From Patescibacteria group bacterium (GTDB lineage: Bacteria > Patescibacteriota > Microgenomatia > UBA8517), in NCBI GenBank assembly GCA_036381415.1, contig DASVCV010000002.1:20091-84090 (forward strand): a stretch of 64,000 nucleotides of DNA. Reading direction: 5' to 3'. Made by a program: the position numbers and the translations under genes. Shown here piece by piece: positions 44,868 through 55,066 of this stretch (position 1 is its first letter; every line of letters begins with the position of its first letter). Under the pieces are notes generated by a model that had not been told where the DNA came from, did no database searches, and worked only from the letters and a program-made list of their open reading frames with translations.

Positions 44868-47258
44868 ATGACAGAAGTTTCAAAAAGTATTGAGTTAGGC
44901 GGAAGAACACTTACACTTTCCACAGGAAAATTAGCACAACAGGCAAATGCAGCAGTAATGGCCAGATATGGTGACACAGTTGTTTTTGCAACTGTAGTTT
45001 CCTCAGCTCCAAAAGAAGATTTAGGGTATTTTCCTTTAACAGTTGATTATCAAGAGAGACTTTATGCAGGAGGAAGAATTAAAGGATCTAGGTGGGTTAA
45101 AAGAGAAGGAAGACCAACTGATGAAGAAATACTTGCTGCAAGATTAATTGACCGCTCAATTCGTCCTCTTTTCCCATCAACTTATAAAAACGAAGTACAG
45201 GTAATTGTTATGGTTTTGTCAGTGGACATTGAGAATGATCCATCAATTTTGGCAGCTGTAGCAACTTCAGCAGCACTTTCAATTTCATCCATACCTTGGA
45301 ATGGACCAGTTGCACCGGTAAAGGTAGGTCTTAAGGATGGAACTGCTTTTATTAATCCAGTTGAGTCTGAACTTAAATATTCTGATTTAGATTTAGTTGT
45401 AACTTCAACTGCTGAGTCAGTTGTGATGATTGAGGCAGGAGCAAAGGAAGTAACTGAAGAAGAAGTTGCAAAGGCAATTGATTTTGCTAAGGCAGAAGGA
45501 GGCAAAGTAATTGATTTAATTAATGACTTTAAGAAAGAGGTAGGAAAAGAAAAGCAAGTTGCTCCTAAAGAGAAGAAAAATCCAGAACTTGTAAAAAGAG
45601 TAAAGAAATTAGTTGGAACTAAATTAGAGAGTTTGGTAGGAGATATGGCACTTCATGAAGGTGGAGATGCAGGTATGGCAGCATTCCAGCAAGCAATAGT
45701 TGCTGACATGAGCCGCGAAGAGGCTGGAGAGGCACTTTCAATTTTAGAAGAATTAATTCATGAAAAAACCCGTGAGATAATTTTGGCTGGTGGAAGGCCA
45801 GATGGACGTAAGCATGATCAAATTAGAAATTTGTCTGCTGAAGTAGGAATACTTCCTAGAACACATGGATCAGCAATATTTAAGAGAGGACAAACACAAG
45901 CTCTTACTGTAACAACACTTGGTGCACTTTCCTTGGGGCAATTAATTGAAACTGCAGAAGGAGAAGAAACAAAAAGATATATACATCATTATTCTATGCC
46001 TCCTTATGCAACAGGAGAAACAGGAAGATTTGGAAATCCATCAAGACGTGAAATAGGACATGGAGCACTTGCTGAAAGGGCACTCTTGCCTGTTATCCCA
46101 TCTGAAGATAAATTCCCATATGCAATTAGAGTTGTATCAGAAGTAATGAGTTCTAATGGATCAACTTCAATGGCATCAACTTGCGGATCAACTCTTTCAT
46201 TGATGGATGCTGGAGTTCCACTAACATCACCTGTTGCTGGAATTGCAATGGGAGTTGTTATTGAAAATGACAAAAAATATGCAATCTTAACTGACATTGT
46301 TGGATTTGAAGATCATATGGGAGATATGGATTTCAAAGTTGCTGGAACTGAAAAAGGAATTACAGCATTACAGCTTGATGTAAAAACATTGAAGCTTACT
46401 CCAAAAATACTTTCTGAAGCACTTACACAGGCAAAAGAGGCAAGACTTGAAATTATGGAAGTTATTAAAGGAGCAATATCAAAACCTAGGGCACAGGTTT
46501 CCCAATATGCACCTAAAGTAGCAATGGTTAAAGTTGCAGTAGATCAAATTGGGGAAGTAATTGGGTCTGGTGGAAAGACAATTAAGAAGATAATTGCTGA
46601 CACTGGAGCTCAGGTTGAAATGCAAGATGATGGAACAGTAAATATTTCAGGAATCAGCCAGGAATCAATTGATAAAGCAGTTGAGATTGTTAAGAACCTA
46701 ACTAAGAAAGTACAAGCTGGAGAAATATATGATGGAACAGTTGCAAGAATCCAACCTTTTGGAGCATTCGTAGAAATACTTCCTGGAAAAGATGGAATGG
46801 TACATGTTTCTGATATGGGTCAAGAAGGACAGTATGTTAATACTCCAGAAGATGTTGTAAAAATTGGAGATAAAGTAAAAGTAAGAGTAAAGGAAGTAGA
46901 TGCAATGGGAAGAATTAATCTTTCTATGAGAATGGATCCATCTACTGATAAAAAGATAGAAAGAAGACCAAGTAGCGGAGGAGATAGAGGTGGAAGAGGA
47001 GGATTTGGTGGAGATAGAAGAGGTGGGTTTGGAGGAGACAGACGTGGTGGATTTAGTAGAGGTGGAGATAGAGGAGGATTTAGAGGAAGAGAAGGAGGAG
47101 ATAGAGGAGGATTTGGTGGAGATAGAGGTGGAGCAAGATCATCTGGACCACATTTTCCTACAAGTAGATTTGTATCAGGCGGCAGAGGTGGAGATAGAAG
47201 AGGTGGCGGACGAGGTGGAAACGACAGAGGCGGACGCGGGGGATTTAGAGGCGAGTAA
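44868..47258 (+). CDS. pnp: Polynucleotide phosphorylase (PNPase) with an unusually long C-terminal RGG/GDR-repeat tail.
   Basis: Two RNase PH domains, KH and S1 domains ([18 protein letters not shown]). The last ~100 aa are about 15 Gly/Arg repeats (G-G-D-R-G-G-F). Confidence 0.9.
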   Translation: MTEVSKSIELGGRTLTLSTGKLAQQANAAVMARYGDTVVFATVVSSAPKEDLGYFPLTVDYQERLYAGGRIKGSRWVKREGRPTDEEILAARLIDRSIRPLFPSTYKNEVQVIVMVLSVDIENDPSILAAVATSAALSISSIPWNGPVAPVKVGLKDGTAFINPVESELKYSDLDLVVTSTAESVVMIEAGAKEVTEEEVAKAIDFAKAEGGKVIDLINDFKKEVGKEKQVAPKEKKNPELVKRVKKLVGTKLESLVGDMALHEGGDAGMAAFQQAIVADMSREEAGEALSILEELIHEKTREIILAGGRPDGRKHDQIRNLSAEVGILPRTHGSAIFKRGQTQALTVTTLGALSLGQLIETAEGEETKRYIHHYSMPPYATGETGRFGNPSRREIGHGALAERALLPVIPSEDKFPYAIRVVSEVMSSNGSTSMASTCGSTLSLMDAGVPLTSPVAGIAMGVVIENDKKYAILTDIVGFEDHMGDMDFKVAGTEKGITALQLDVKTLKLTPKILSEALTQAKEARLEIMEVIKGAISKPRAQVSQYAPKVAMVKVAVDQIGEVIGSGGKTIKKIIADTGAQVEMQDDGTVNISGISQESIDKAVEIVKNLTKKVQAGEIYDGTVARIQPFGAFVEILPGKDGMVHVSDMGQEGQYVNTPEDVVKIGDKVKVRVKEVDAMGRINLSMRMDPSTDKKIERRPSSGGDRGGRGGFGGDRRGGFGGDRRGGFSRGGDRGGFRGREGGDRGGFGGDRGGARSSGPHFPTSRFVSGGRGGDRRGGGRGGNDRGGRGGFRGE

Positions 47259-47280
47259 CTTCATGATATAGTGAGATAGT

Positions 47281-48318
47281 ATGGATTCTGCTCACAGCCA
47301 GATTGATGAACTTGTTAACAAAGTAAAAGGTGTAAGACTTCCTGAAGGATTGGCTGAAATAGTACTAACTAGATTAGAACAGCTTTCAAAGCTGACTAAT
47401 TCCCCTACTTTTTTACCTGAGTTTGACAGCATGAATAGATATGTAGATTGGATTGTGAATTTGCCTTGGGATAAAAAGACACAAGATATTTTAGATTTAG
47501 ATCACTCCAAGAAAGTTTTAGATAAAAACCATTTCGGTTTAAATGAAATTAAAGACAGACTTTTAGAATACATATCTGTACTTAAACTTAGAGGAAATAC
47601 TGCAGAGATTGCACGCGCCCCTATTCTTTGCTTTGTAGGGTTAGTTGGAACTGGAAAAACAACTATTGCGTCATCAATTGCAGAAGCACTTGGCAGGAAG
47701 TTTGCCCGCATTCCTTTTGGAGGAATGGGAGATCCACTTGATTTAAGAGGCCAGTCAAGACTGCATGCAGAAGCAGAGCCTGGAAAAATAATTAAAGCTT
47801 TAAAGGGAACTGGATCAAGAAATCCAGTAATTCTTCTTGATGAAATAGATAGGGTTACAGATCAGGGAAGAGCTTCTATTATGGGAGTATTAGTTGAACT
47901 ATTAGATCCAGAACAAAATCATGCCTTTGTTGATCACTATATTGATTATCCTTTTGATTTATCAGAAGTATTATTTATTGCAACTGCAAACAATACAACA
48001 AATATTGCTACAGCAGTATTAGATAGGTTGGAGCCAATTCAAATGCCTTCATATACTGATTTAGAAAAGATAACAATTGGAAAAACCTATGTATTGCCTA
48101 AGGCAGTTAAGACGGCTGGGATTCCTGATGGAGCACTTTCTTTTGATGAAGAAGTGTGGCCACAAGTTGTAAGACCTTTGGGATTTGATGCAGGAATTAG
48201 AACTTTAGAGAGGACTATTGATGGAATAGTGAGGAAAGTGGCAAGAGAAATAGTTGAAGGAAAATCACAATCTGTTAAAATCACTTCACAGAATGTAAAA
48301 CAATACATTCCTCAATAA
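47281..48318 (+). CDS. Lon-family AAA+ ATPase module without a protease (S16) domain.
   Basis: YVDWIVNLPWDK...DHFGLNEIKDRLLEY (Lon pre-AAA helix), PILCFVGLVGTGKTT (Walker A), ILLDEIDRV (Walker B), LLDPEQNHAF, VLDRLEP (sensor/Arg). The ORF ends at the end of the AAA+ alpha-subdomain. No Ser-Lys protease domain follows. Confidence 0.75.
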   Translation: MDSAHSQIDELVNKVKGVRLPEGLAEIVLTRLEQLSKLTNSPTFLPEFDSMNRYVDWIVNLPWDKKTQDILDLDHSKKVLDKNHFGLNEIKDRLLEYISVLKLRGNTAEIARAPILCFVGLVGTGKTTIASSIAEALGRKFARIPFGGMGDPLDLRGQSRLHAEAEPGKIIKALKGTGSRNPVILLDEIDRVTDQGRASIMGVLVELLDPEQNHAFVDHYIDYPFDLSEVLFIATANNTTNIATAVLDRLEPIQMPSYTDLEKITIGKTYVLPKAVKTAGIPDGALSFDEEVWPQVVRPLGFDAGIRTLERTIDGIVRKVAREIVEGKSQSVKITSQNVKQYIPQ

Positions 48319-48324
48319 ATTTAA

Positions 48325-48999
48325 ATGAGTGAAGCCCCAAAATTTTATACAGAAGAGACTTCTATTGATGATTTGTTGAAATCAGTGCCAGCTGACACAA
48401 AGGTTTTATCTTTGTGTGAGGGTCATACAAGTCAAGCAACAAAAAGAGAAGTTGCAGAGTGTATGGAAGAATTAGGAAGGTTAGGTTTTACACATTTAGC
48501 AATGGAAGCTTTTGGAATTGATGCACAGGAGGCATTGAATGAATACCAAGAAAGTTCAACGAATAAAGGTAGAAAGGGTTTACTTAAGTATTTAAAAAGA
48601 GGCTTGGGTGGATGGCTGACCAAAGGGCCTGAATTATATATGGGAATAGTTGATGCTGCTATTAAAAATGGAATAAAGGTAAGAGGAATTGCTTTGCCAC
48701 AAAAAGAAGAGAGTAAATTTTCTGGAGTTTTTGAGTTAAGAGATCTACTAGATAGAAAGGATATACATATGGCGGGAGCTGTAGCATCTATACTAAATGA
48801 GAATCCAAGCAATAGGGTTATTACTTTTACAGGGACTAATCACGTCATATATGGCAAATCAATGGGAGGGTACTTAAGAGAAAGTAAAATTGATACATTT
48901 AATGTTGTGTTTTTGGGTAAAGATTACCCAACTGAAGAATTGACTAAAAGAAAAGGAAATTTGTTATATGATTGTGTTATACAGTTATCTGAAAAATAA
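48325..48999 (+). CDS. Hypothetical protein (possible GExH-type ChaN/TraB/Tiki-like fold, low confidence).
   Basis: 224 aa. SLCEGHTSQ (a G-E-x-H-like motif near the N-terminus) and VITFTGTNHVIYG. Not a Lon protease domain. Confidence 0.4.
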   Translation: MSEAPKFYTEETSIDDLLKSVPADTKVLSLCEGHTSQATKREVAECMEELGRLGFTHLAMEAFGIDAQEALNEYQESSTNKGRKGLLKYLKRGLGGWLTKGPELYMGIVDAAIKNGIKVRGIALPQKEESKFSGVFELRDLLDRKDIHMAGAVASILNENPSNRVITFTGTNHVIYGKSMGGYLRESKIDTFNVVFLGKDYPTEELTKRKGNLLYDCVIQLSEK

Positions 49000-49002
49000 A
49001 AT

Positions 49003-49605
49003 ATGGATAAAAGAGAAAAGTTAAAGAAATTAAGAGAAGAGATGTTAGCTGATGAGAGCTTACCTCTAAGAAAGGGAGCAACTAATTTGGTTTTTGGAGA
49101 GGGAAATGCTGATGCCAAAATACTAGCAATTGGGGAAGGTCCTGGGTTCCATGAAGATAGATTAGGAAGGCCATTTGTAGGTAATGCAGGTAATCTACTT
49201 AACAAACTTCTTGCTACTATAAAATTAAATAGAGAAGATGTTTTTATAACCAACATGGTTTTTTATAGGCCTCCTAATAACCGTGATCCATTTCCTAATG
49301 AACTTAAAGCATTTGAAAAATATATGGATCAGATTATTGAAATAATTAGTCCCAAAGTAATTATTACTTTGGGAAGATTTTCCATGGGTAAGTTTTTACC
49401 AGATGTTAAAATTAGTTCTGTGCATGGGAGGACTTTTAAGCTAAACTTCAAGGGTAGAGGGATAACTGTTGTTCCAATGTATCATCCGGCAGCAGCATTA
49501 AGAAGGAATGATGTGATGGAGCAAATAAAAGCAGATTTCTTAAAATTGCCGACTATCTTAAAAGAGGCTACAAAACCTGAAATAAAACAGGAAGGACTAT
49601 TCTAA
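49003..49605 (+). CDS. Uracil-DNA glycosylase, family 4.
   Basis: LVFGEGNADAKILAIGEGPGFHEDRLGRPFVGNAGNLL matches family-4 UDG motif A (GEGPG...ED) and the PFVG.AG motif. C-terminal HPAA (motif B). Confidence 0.8.
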   Translation: MDKREKLKKLREEMLADESLPLRKGATNLVFGEGNADAKILAIGEGPGFHEDRLGRPFVGNAGNLLNKLLATIKLNREDVFITNMVFYRPPNNRDPFPNELKAFEKYMDQIIEIISPKVIITLGRFSMGKFLPDVKISSVHGRTFKLNFKGRGITVVPMYHPAAALRRNDVMEQIKADFLKLPTILKEATKPEIKQEGLF

Positions 49606-49620
49606 ATTATTTAAAAATAT

Positions 49621-51270
49621 ATGGGACTTAAATTTATTGCAATATCAGGAACTACTGGAGTGACACAAAATTGCTATGTCTATGAGTATGGAAATGACAT
49701 GATTGTTGTTGATTGTGGAGTAGGTTTTCCAGAACCTGAAATGTATGGAGTGGATTTAATTATTCCTGACTTTAGTTATATTATTCAAAACAAAAGCAAG
49801 TTAAAAGGGATTGTAATTTCTCATGGACATGAAGATCATCTAGGGGCACTCCCCTTTCTACTTAAAGAGGTAAATGTTCCGATTTATTCAACTGAATTGG
49901 TTGCTGGATTTATTGAGGATAAGTTTGAGGATCAGGGAATAAAAGCTCCTAAGGTAAATATCTTTAACCCAGAGAGGGATTCTGTAACTCTTGGAGTGTT
50001 TAAGATAACTCCATTTAGAGTTTCTCATTCAGTTCCTGATGGAGTTGGGTTTTGCATTGATACACCAGAAGGAAAAGTATTTCATGTACCTGATTATAAA
50101 TTTGATTGGACACCAGTTGATGGCAAGCCATTTGATGTAGCAAAAGCTGCAAGTTTGGCAAGTGAGGGAGCACTCATGCTTGCATCAGATGCATTAGGAT
50201 CAACAACTGCCGGATATACAGAAAGTGAGAAATCAATTGAGGGAAGAATTGAGATGATTGTAAGTAAAGCTACAAAACAAGTTTTCTTTACGACAATTTC
50301 TTCAAATATTTCTAGAATTCAGCAAGCAATTAATGTTGCTTCACGGTTAGGAAGAAAGGTTTCTATTATCGGCCGCTCAATTGATAGAAAGGCTGCAATT
50401 GCAAAAGAATTGGGGCTTCTTAAATATCCTGAAAATTTAGTAATTAATCCAAAGCAGGCAGGAAAGTTAGATCCTTCAAAGATTATGTACATAATATCTG
50501 GTTCATATGGACAGCCAGGAAGTGCTTTATATAGAACTGCACTTGGAGAACATGACTTTTTACAAATTGATAAAGAAGATATTGTAATATTTTCTTCAGA
50601 TCCAGCTCCTCCTGGGTCTAAAACAAATGTTGATTTTGTGGTTGACCATTTAATAGAAGCAGGGGCTGATGTTCATTATTATGAGATACAAGAAGATTTG
50701 CATGTTTCAGGACATGGATGCCAGGAAGATATAAAAATGCTATTTGCATTAATTAAACCAAAATACTTTATTCCAATTGGAGGAACAATTAGACACATGA
50801 GAGCTTTCAGTGAAATAGCACAGGATATGGGAGCATCTGCCAACCGTGTGTTTGAGCTAAGAGAAGGGGATGTTGTAGAGTTTGCTAATCAGAATGCAAA
50901 GAAGACTGGACATATTCAGGTTAAAAATGTGTTGGTGGATGGGCTTGGAATTGGGGATGTTGGAAACGTAGTATTACGGGATAGACATGTACTTGCTAAA
51001 GAGGGAGTTGTTATTGCAATACTTCATATTGACTCTGACAAACAGATAATAGTAGAAAACCCAGACCTGGTTAGCCGAGGTTTTGTGTTTGAAGGAAAGA
51101 ATTCAAGAATTCTGGAGGAGGCTTCAAAGCAGCTGAAGAATTTTTTGGATAGGAAAAGAAGGGTGGATTCAAAACTGGCAAGGGATGCAGCAGTAGACTT
51201 TTTGGAAAGGTTCTTTTTCAAGCAGATAGGAAGAAGACCAATGATACTTCCTGTGGTAGTTGAAGTGTAA
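49621..51270 (+). CDS. rnj: Ribonuclease J (metallo-beta-lactamase / beta-CASP RNase).
   Basis: VISHGHEDHLGALPFL (HxHxDH), beta-CASP motifs and a C-terminal domain. 549 aa. Confidence 0.9.
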   Translation: MGLKFIAISGTTGVTQNCYVYEYGNDMIVVDCGVGFPEPEMYGVDLIIPDFSYIIQNKSKLKGIVISHGHEDHLGALPFLLKEVNVPIYSTELVAGFIEDKFEDQGIKAPKVNIFNPERDSVTLGVFKITPFRVSHSVPDGVGFCIDTPEGKVFHVPDYKFDWTPVDGKPFDVAKAASLASEGALMLASDALGSTTAGYTESEKSIEGRIEMIVSKATKQVFFTTISSNISRIQQAINVASRLGRKVSIIGRSIDRKAAIAKELGLLKYPENLVINPKQAGKLDPSKIMYIISGSYGQPGSALYRTALGEHDFLQIDKEDIVIFSSDPAPPGSKTNVDFVVDHLIEAGADVHYYEIQEDLHVSGHGCQEDIKMLFALIKPKYFIPIGGTIRHMRAFSEIAQDMGASANRVFELREGDVVEFANQNAKKTGHIQVKNVLVDGLGIGDVGNVVLRDRHVLAKEGVVIAILHIDSDKQIIVENPDLVSRGFVFEGKNSRILEEASKQLKNFLDRKRRVDSKLARDAAVDFLERFFFKQIGRRPMILPVVVEV

Positions 51271-51322
51271 CTTCAAATATTTTATATTGGTTTCTCCATA
51301 CCTTTAGTTGGTATAATGAATT

Positions 51323-53440
51323 ATGAGTCAAAAGAATAAAAAAAGGATGAAGTCCAAGAAAGCCTTTAAGTTAAAACTTAAGAAGGAAACAATGCACTCC
51401 ATTTCTCAGGTAGTTTTCTTTGCATTGACTGCTCTTGTTATTATTTCATTCTCAAGAAGAGGTGAAATTCTTATTCAACTAAATGATTTTTTGATGACTT
51501 ACTTTTCTTGGACAACAATATTTTTGCCTTTCATTTTTCTTTCTTTTGGATTTTTGGTTTCTAAATTTAGAAATCCTCTGTCTTCTCCAAATGTTGTAGT
51601 TGGTGCACTCTTATTTTTTATTTCTCTAATGACTCTTTCAAGGGCAGGCATAGTTGGACAGGCAAGCTGGGAAGGATTATCAGGTCTTATTACAGGAGTG
51701 GGAGCATTTATACTTTTGTGTGGAACAATATTGGTGGGACTTATTATTTTATTTAACACATCTTTGGACCAAGTACTTGCTTTGGTTGGAGATGGACTTA
51801 AACAGTTAAGGTATTATATTTTAGGTGAGAAGAAATTTGAAAAAGGATTAACTGGACTTACACCTAAAAAAGAATTAAAAGTGGTTGGGGGAAGTATTAA
51901 TACTCCAGCTCCTAATTCTAGGAATGATAAGTCAGCAGTTTCTAAAGAACCTCTTGAATCAAAACTTGTAAGTAATGTTCCTGGAGAAAGCAAAGTTTGG
52001 AAGTATCCTCCTTTATCTATTTTGACCCACACTGAGGGAGGTCATGCAGATAGAGGAGACATTAAAGGAAATGCTCATATTATTGAGCAGACATTAGAGT
52101 CTTTTGGAATCACAGCAAGAGTTGTTGAGGTTAACCTTGGACCTGCTGTGACACAATATGCATTAGAAGTTGCACTTGGAACGAAGCTTTCTAAGATTAC
52201 GGCTTTGGAGAGGGATATGGCACGCGCTTTGGCTTCTCCAACAGGTCAAATTAGAATTGAAGCACCCATTCCTGGGAGAAGCTTGGTTGGAATTGAGTTA
52301 CCTAATAGAGCACCTGAGTTTGTTCCTCTAAAGAAAATGATGGAGTCAGAGATACTAACTTCCAGTAGTTCAAAGCTTTCAGTATCACTTGGATTTGATG
52401 TTACTGGAAAACCAGTTGTAGCTGATATTGGACGCATGCCGCATGTTTTAATTGCAGGGCAAACTGGAAGTGGAAAATCAGTTTGTATAAACACTTTTCT
52501 TTCTACGCTATTGTTTAGAGCATCCCCTTCTGAGGTTAAATTAATTTTGGTTGATCCAAAGAGAGTGGAATTAACTGGATATAACGGAATTCCACATTTG
52601 CTTGCTCCTGTAATAGTGGAGCCTGAGAAAGTTATTTCAGCATTAAGATGGGTAATGGCTGAAATGGACAGAAGATATAAATTGTTTGCTCAAGCTGGAG
52701 TAAGAAATATTGATGCATATAATGAGATGAGTGGGTTCCAAGCACTTCCTTTTATTATTCTATTTATTGATGAACTTGCTGATATTATGCTTTTCTCACC
52801 AGTTGAAGTTGAGGATGCAATAACCCGTATTGCTCAGATGTCTAGAGCTACTGGAATTCATATGGTACTTGCTACTCAGAGGCCTTCAGTTGATGTTATT
52901 ACGGGACTTATCAAAGCAAATATTCCTGCTAGAATTGCATTTGCGGTATCTTCTTTGGTGGACTCTAGAGTGATTTTAGATACTCCTGGAGCAGAGAAGT
53001 TATTAGGAAAAGGAGATATGCTTTATCTTCCTCCTGAACAGGCAAAGCCTATGAGAATTCAGGGAGCATATGTGTCTGATAAAGAGATAACAAGTCTTGT
53101 GACATTTTTGAAGAATCAGGGAGTTACTCCACAATATACTGATGAAGTTACAACTATGGCAAAAGCAGGAACAAATATGGTTCCTGGAGTTGAAGGGAAT
53201 TTGGATGATTTGTTTAAAGAGGCAGTTAAAATAGTCTGCCAATTTGATAAAGCATCCGCGTCACTTCTACAGAGACGTCTGTCTGTTGGATATGCAAGAG
53301 CTGCCAAAATTATTGACCAATTGGAGGCAGCACATGTAATTGGTCCAGGACAGGGAGCAAAGCCAAGAGAGGTTTTGATTCAGGATGCTGAAGCTTTTTT
53401 GTCTGCTGGCAAGAATGATGCTCCTCCCCTTTCTGGTTAA
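51323..53440 (+). CDS. ftsK: DNA translocase FtsK/SpoIIIE.
   Basis: N-terminal 4-5 TM, a linker, a motor domain with LIAGQTGSGKSVCINT (Walker A) and FIDELADI (Walker B), and a C-terminal gamma winged helix (LLQRRLSVGYARAAKIIDQLE). Confidence 0.9.
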   Translation: MSQKNKKRMKSKKAFKLKLKKETMHSISQVVFFALTALVIISFSRRGEILIQLNDFLMTYFSWTTIFLPFIFLSFGFLVSKFRNPLSSPNVVVGALLFFISLMTLSRAGIVGQASWEGLSGLITGVGAFILLCGTILVGLIILFNTSLDQVLALVGDGLKQLRYYILGEKKFEKGLTGLTPKKELKVVGGSINTPAPNSRNDKSAVSKEPLESKLVSNVPGESKVWKYPPLSILTHTEGGHADRGDIKGNAHIIEQTLESFGITARVVEVNLGPAVTQYALEVALGTKLSKITALERDMARALASPTGQIRIEAPIPGRSLVGIELPNRAPEFVPLKKMMESEILTSSSSKLSVSLGFDVTGKPVVADIGRMPHVLIAGQTGSGKSVCINTFLSTLLFRASPSEVKLILVDPKRVELTGYNGIPHLLAPVIVEPEKVISALRWVMAEMDRRYKLFAQAGVRNIDAYNEMSGFQALPFIILFIDELADIMLFSPVEVEDAITRIAQMSRATGIHMVLATQRPSVDVITGLIKANIPARIAFAVSSLVDSRVILDTPGAEKLLGKGDMLYLPPEQAKPMRIQGAYVSDKEITSLVTFLKNQGVTPQYTDEVTTMAKAGTNMVPGVEGNLDDLFKEAVKIVCQFDKASASLLQRRLSVGYARAAKIIDQLEAAHVIGPGQGAKPREVLIQDAEAFLSAGKNDAPPLSG

Positions 53441-53454
53441 TATATAAAACTTAT

Positions 53455-54081
53455 ATGAGAAAATTTAGTGATTTTTTAATTGAAGCTAGGCGTGGCAAAG
53501 GACTAAAAGTGTCTGATGTTAGTGAAATGACAAAAATTAAGATGCAGTTTATCACTGCAATAGAAAATGAAGATTGGGAAAAACTTCCTCCTTTTCCAGT
53601 TGTTGTTGGGTTTGTTAAGAGTATTGCACATTTTTTAAATATTAATGAAAGAGAAGCTGTTGCACTCTTAAGAAGAGATTATCCAATTAAACCGGTTGTG
53701 GTAGCTCCTAAGCCAGATATGGAAACTAAATTTGTATGGTCACCAAGAAAAACTTTTGCAACTGGAGTAATTTTAATTGTTCTTGTAGTAGCAGGATATT
53801 TGGGTCTTTCTTATAGAAAATTTTCTAGTCCACCTAGATTGGTTGTTAGCGAACCAAAAGAAGGACAGACAGTAACAATAGGGACTTTGAAAGTTTTAGG
53901 AACAACTGATGTAGATGCAACTGTTAAGGTGAATAATCAACCAGCACTTGTGAGTGATCAAGGAGATTGGTCAACTGATATTAGTGTAGATAAAAATACT
54001 ACCAGTCTAACTATTGAGGCATTATCCAGATCTGGAAAGACTACTACAATTAATAGGAAAATACAGGTACAATCTAAATAG
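53455..54081 (+). CDS. rodZ: RodZ-like cytoskeletal protein (XRE-type HTH, one TM, C-terminal beta domain).
   Basis: N-terminal HTH FSDFLIEARRGKGLKVSDVSEMTKIKMQFITAIENEDW, then a TM, then a DUF4115-like C-terminus. Confidence 0.55.
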   Translation: MRKFSDFLIEARRGKGLKVSDVSEMTKIKMQFITAIENEDWEKLPPFPVVVGFVKSIAHFLNINEREAVALLRRDYPIKPVVVAPKPDMETKFVWSPRKTFATGVILIVLVVAGYLGLSYRKFSSPPRLVVSEPKEGQTVTIGTLKVLGTTDVDATVKVNNQPALVSDQGDWSTDISVDKNTTSLTIEALSRSGKTTTINRKIQVQSK

Positions 54082-54100
54082 AAATAATTAATTAGTAATA

Positions 54101-54343
54101 ATGACAAGCATTCAAACAGTATTAGTAATTGTAATAATAGCTTTAGCTTTTCTTTTATTTATAGTTGGATTTCAGGTGCTCATGATTATTCTTGATTTAA
54201 GAAGAGCAATTAAGAGATTAAACAGTATTTTAGAGGATGCAATCTTAGGTGGAGGATTAATTAGACCTGAGAAGCTTACTGGAATAATGGAGCTGTTTAG
54301 AAAAGGAAAAGATCGAGGGTTGGGAACACATGGACAAAGGTAG
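54101..54343 (+). CDS. Small single/double-TM membrane protein.
   Basis: 80-aa ORF with a hydrophobic N-terminus and a basic C-terminus. Confidence 0.35.
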   Translation: MTSIQTVLVIVIIALAFLLFIVGFQVLMIILDLRRAIKRLNSILEDAILGGGLIRPEKLTGIMELFRKGKDRGLGTHGQR

Positions 54344-54346
54344 ATT

Positions 54347-55063
54347 TTAAAATTTGTGCCTCATCCAATTTTTGGCATTTCTTTTTGCTTCTTCTTTTGT
54401 AATAACTTTAAGATGTACGTCCATCCCCATATTTGGATCCACATTGTCTGAAATAAGGTGTGTGGGGGCATTTTCAATTTTTGTAATAATATTTCTTAAG
54501 TCAAAAATAAAAGATCTGATTGGCAGATGAGTAGTGTCTTTGAGCTTATATATATTTTTTGAAAAGAAACCATTGTCTTTAGGTCCTTTTTGTAGAGATT
54601 TAAGGCACCTAATACCTTCCTCATACCTTACTTCATCAGATTGGAAGTTTTCAAAGTTTGTATAGGTTTGAGGCTTTGCTGTGTTTTGAATATGTATATA
54701 TGGCCACAAAGAGGCAAGGAAGGATTTTAAGTCTTTGTTATCCAGTAGTTTGAAAACTGCGTTTGACTGCAGTCTCCTTTTAATCCATGTATCAAGTGTG
54801 ACGTTTTGTAGTTCTGGGTAGGTAAGATTTAAAAATTCATTTAATTGGGATACTCTTATTCCTAAGCGTTCTGCTTCGATTTTTAGAGAGCAGTTGCGAA
54901 GTTTAAGCCAAGAGGCACCTTCTACTTTTGGCTCTTCCTTTTGTGCCATTGCGTTTTTGGGAACATCGACAGATTGTGGCTGTTGCCCACAAAAACCTTC
55001 TCTTTCCAGGTGGTATGAATAAGCTGACATACGGAAGTTTTCACTTTCGGCTATATGATACAC
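54347..55063 (-). CDS. Hypothetical soluble protein (238 aa).
   Basis: Long ORF with no competing frames. No motif recognised. Confidence 0.45.
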   Translation of the reverse strand: MYHIAESENFRMSAYSYHLEREGFCGQQPQSVDVPKNAMAQKEEPKVEGASWLKLRNCSLKIEAERLGIRVSQLNEFLNLTYPELQNVTLDTWIKRRLQSNAVFKLLDNKDLKSFLASLWPYIHIQNTAKPQTYTNFENFQSDEVRYEEGIRCLKSLQKGPKDNGFFSKNIYKLKDTTHLPIRSFIFDLRNIITKIENAPTHLISDNVDPNMGMDVHLKVITKEEAKRNAKNWMRHKF

Positions 55064-55066
55064 CTT

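Noticed and set aside
46990-47271. Acidic (E/D/V-rich) 93-aa ORF overlapping the pnp 3' repeat region in another frame.
   Set aside because: A frame artefact of the GGAGGAGATAGAGGTGGA repeat. The in-frame RGG tail is contiguous with the PNPase S1 domain with no intervening stop.
48325-48999. The possibility that the ORF after the Lon-like ATPase is its detached S16 protease domain.
   Set aside because: It has no Lon protease Ser-Lys dyad motifs (PKDGPSAG-type). The sequence is unrelated to S16.
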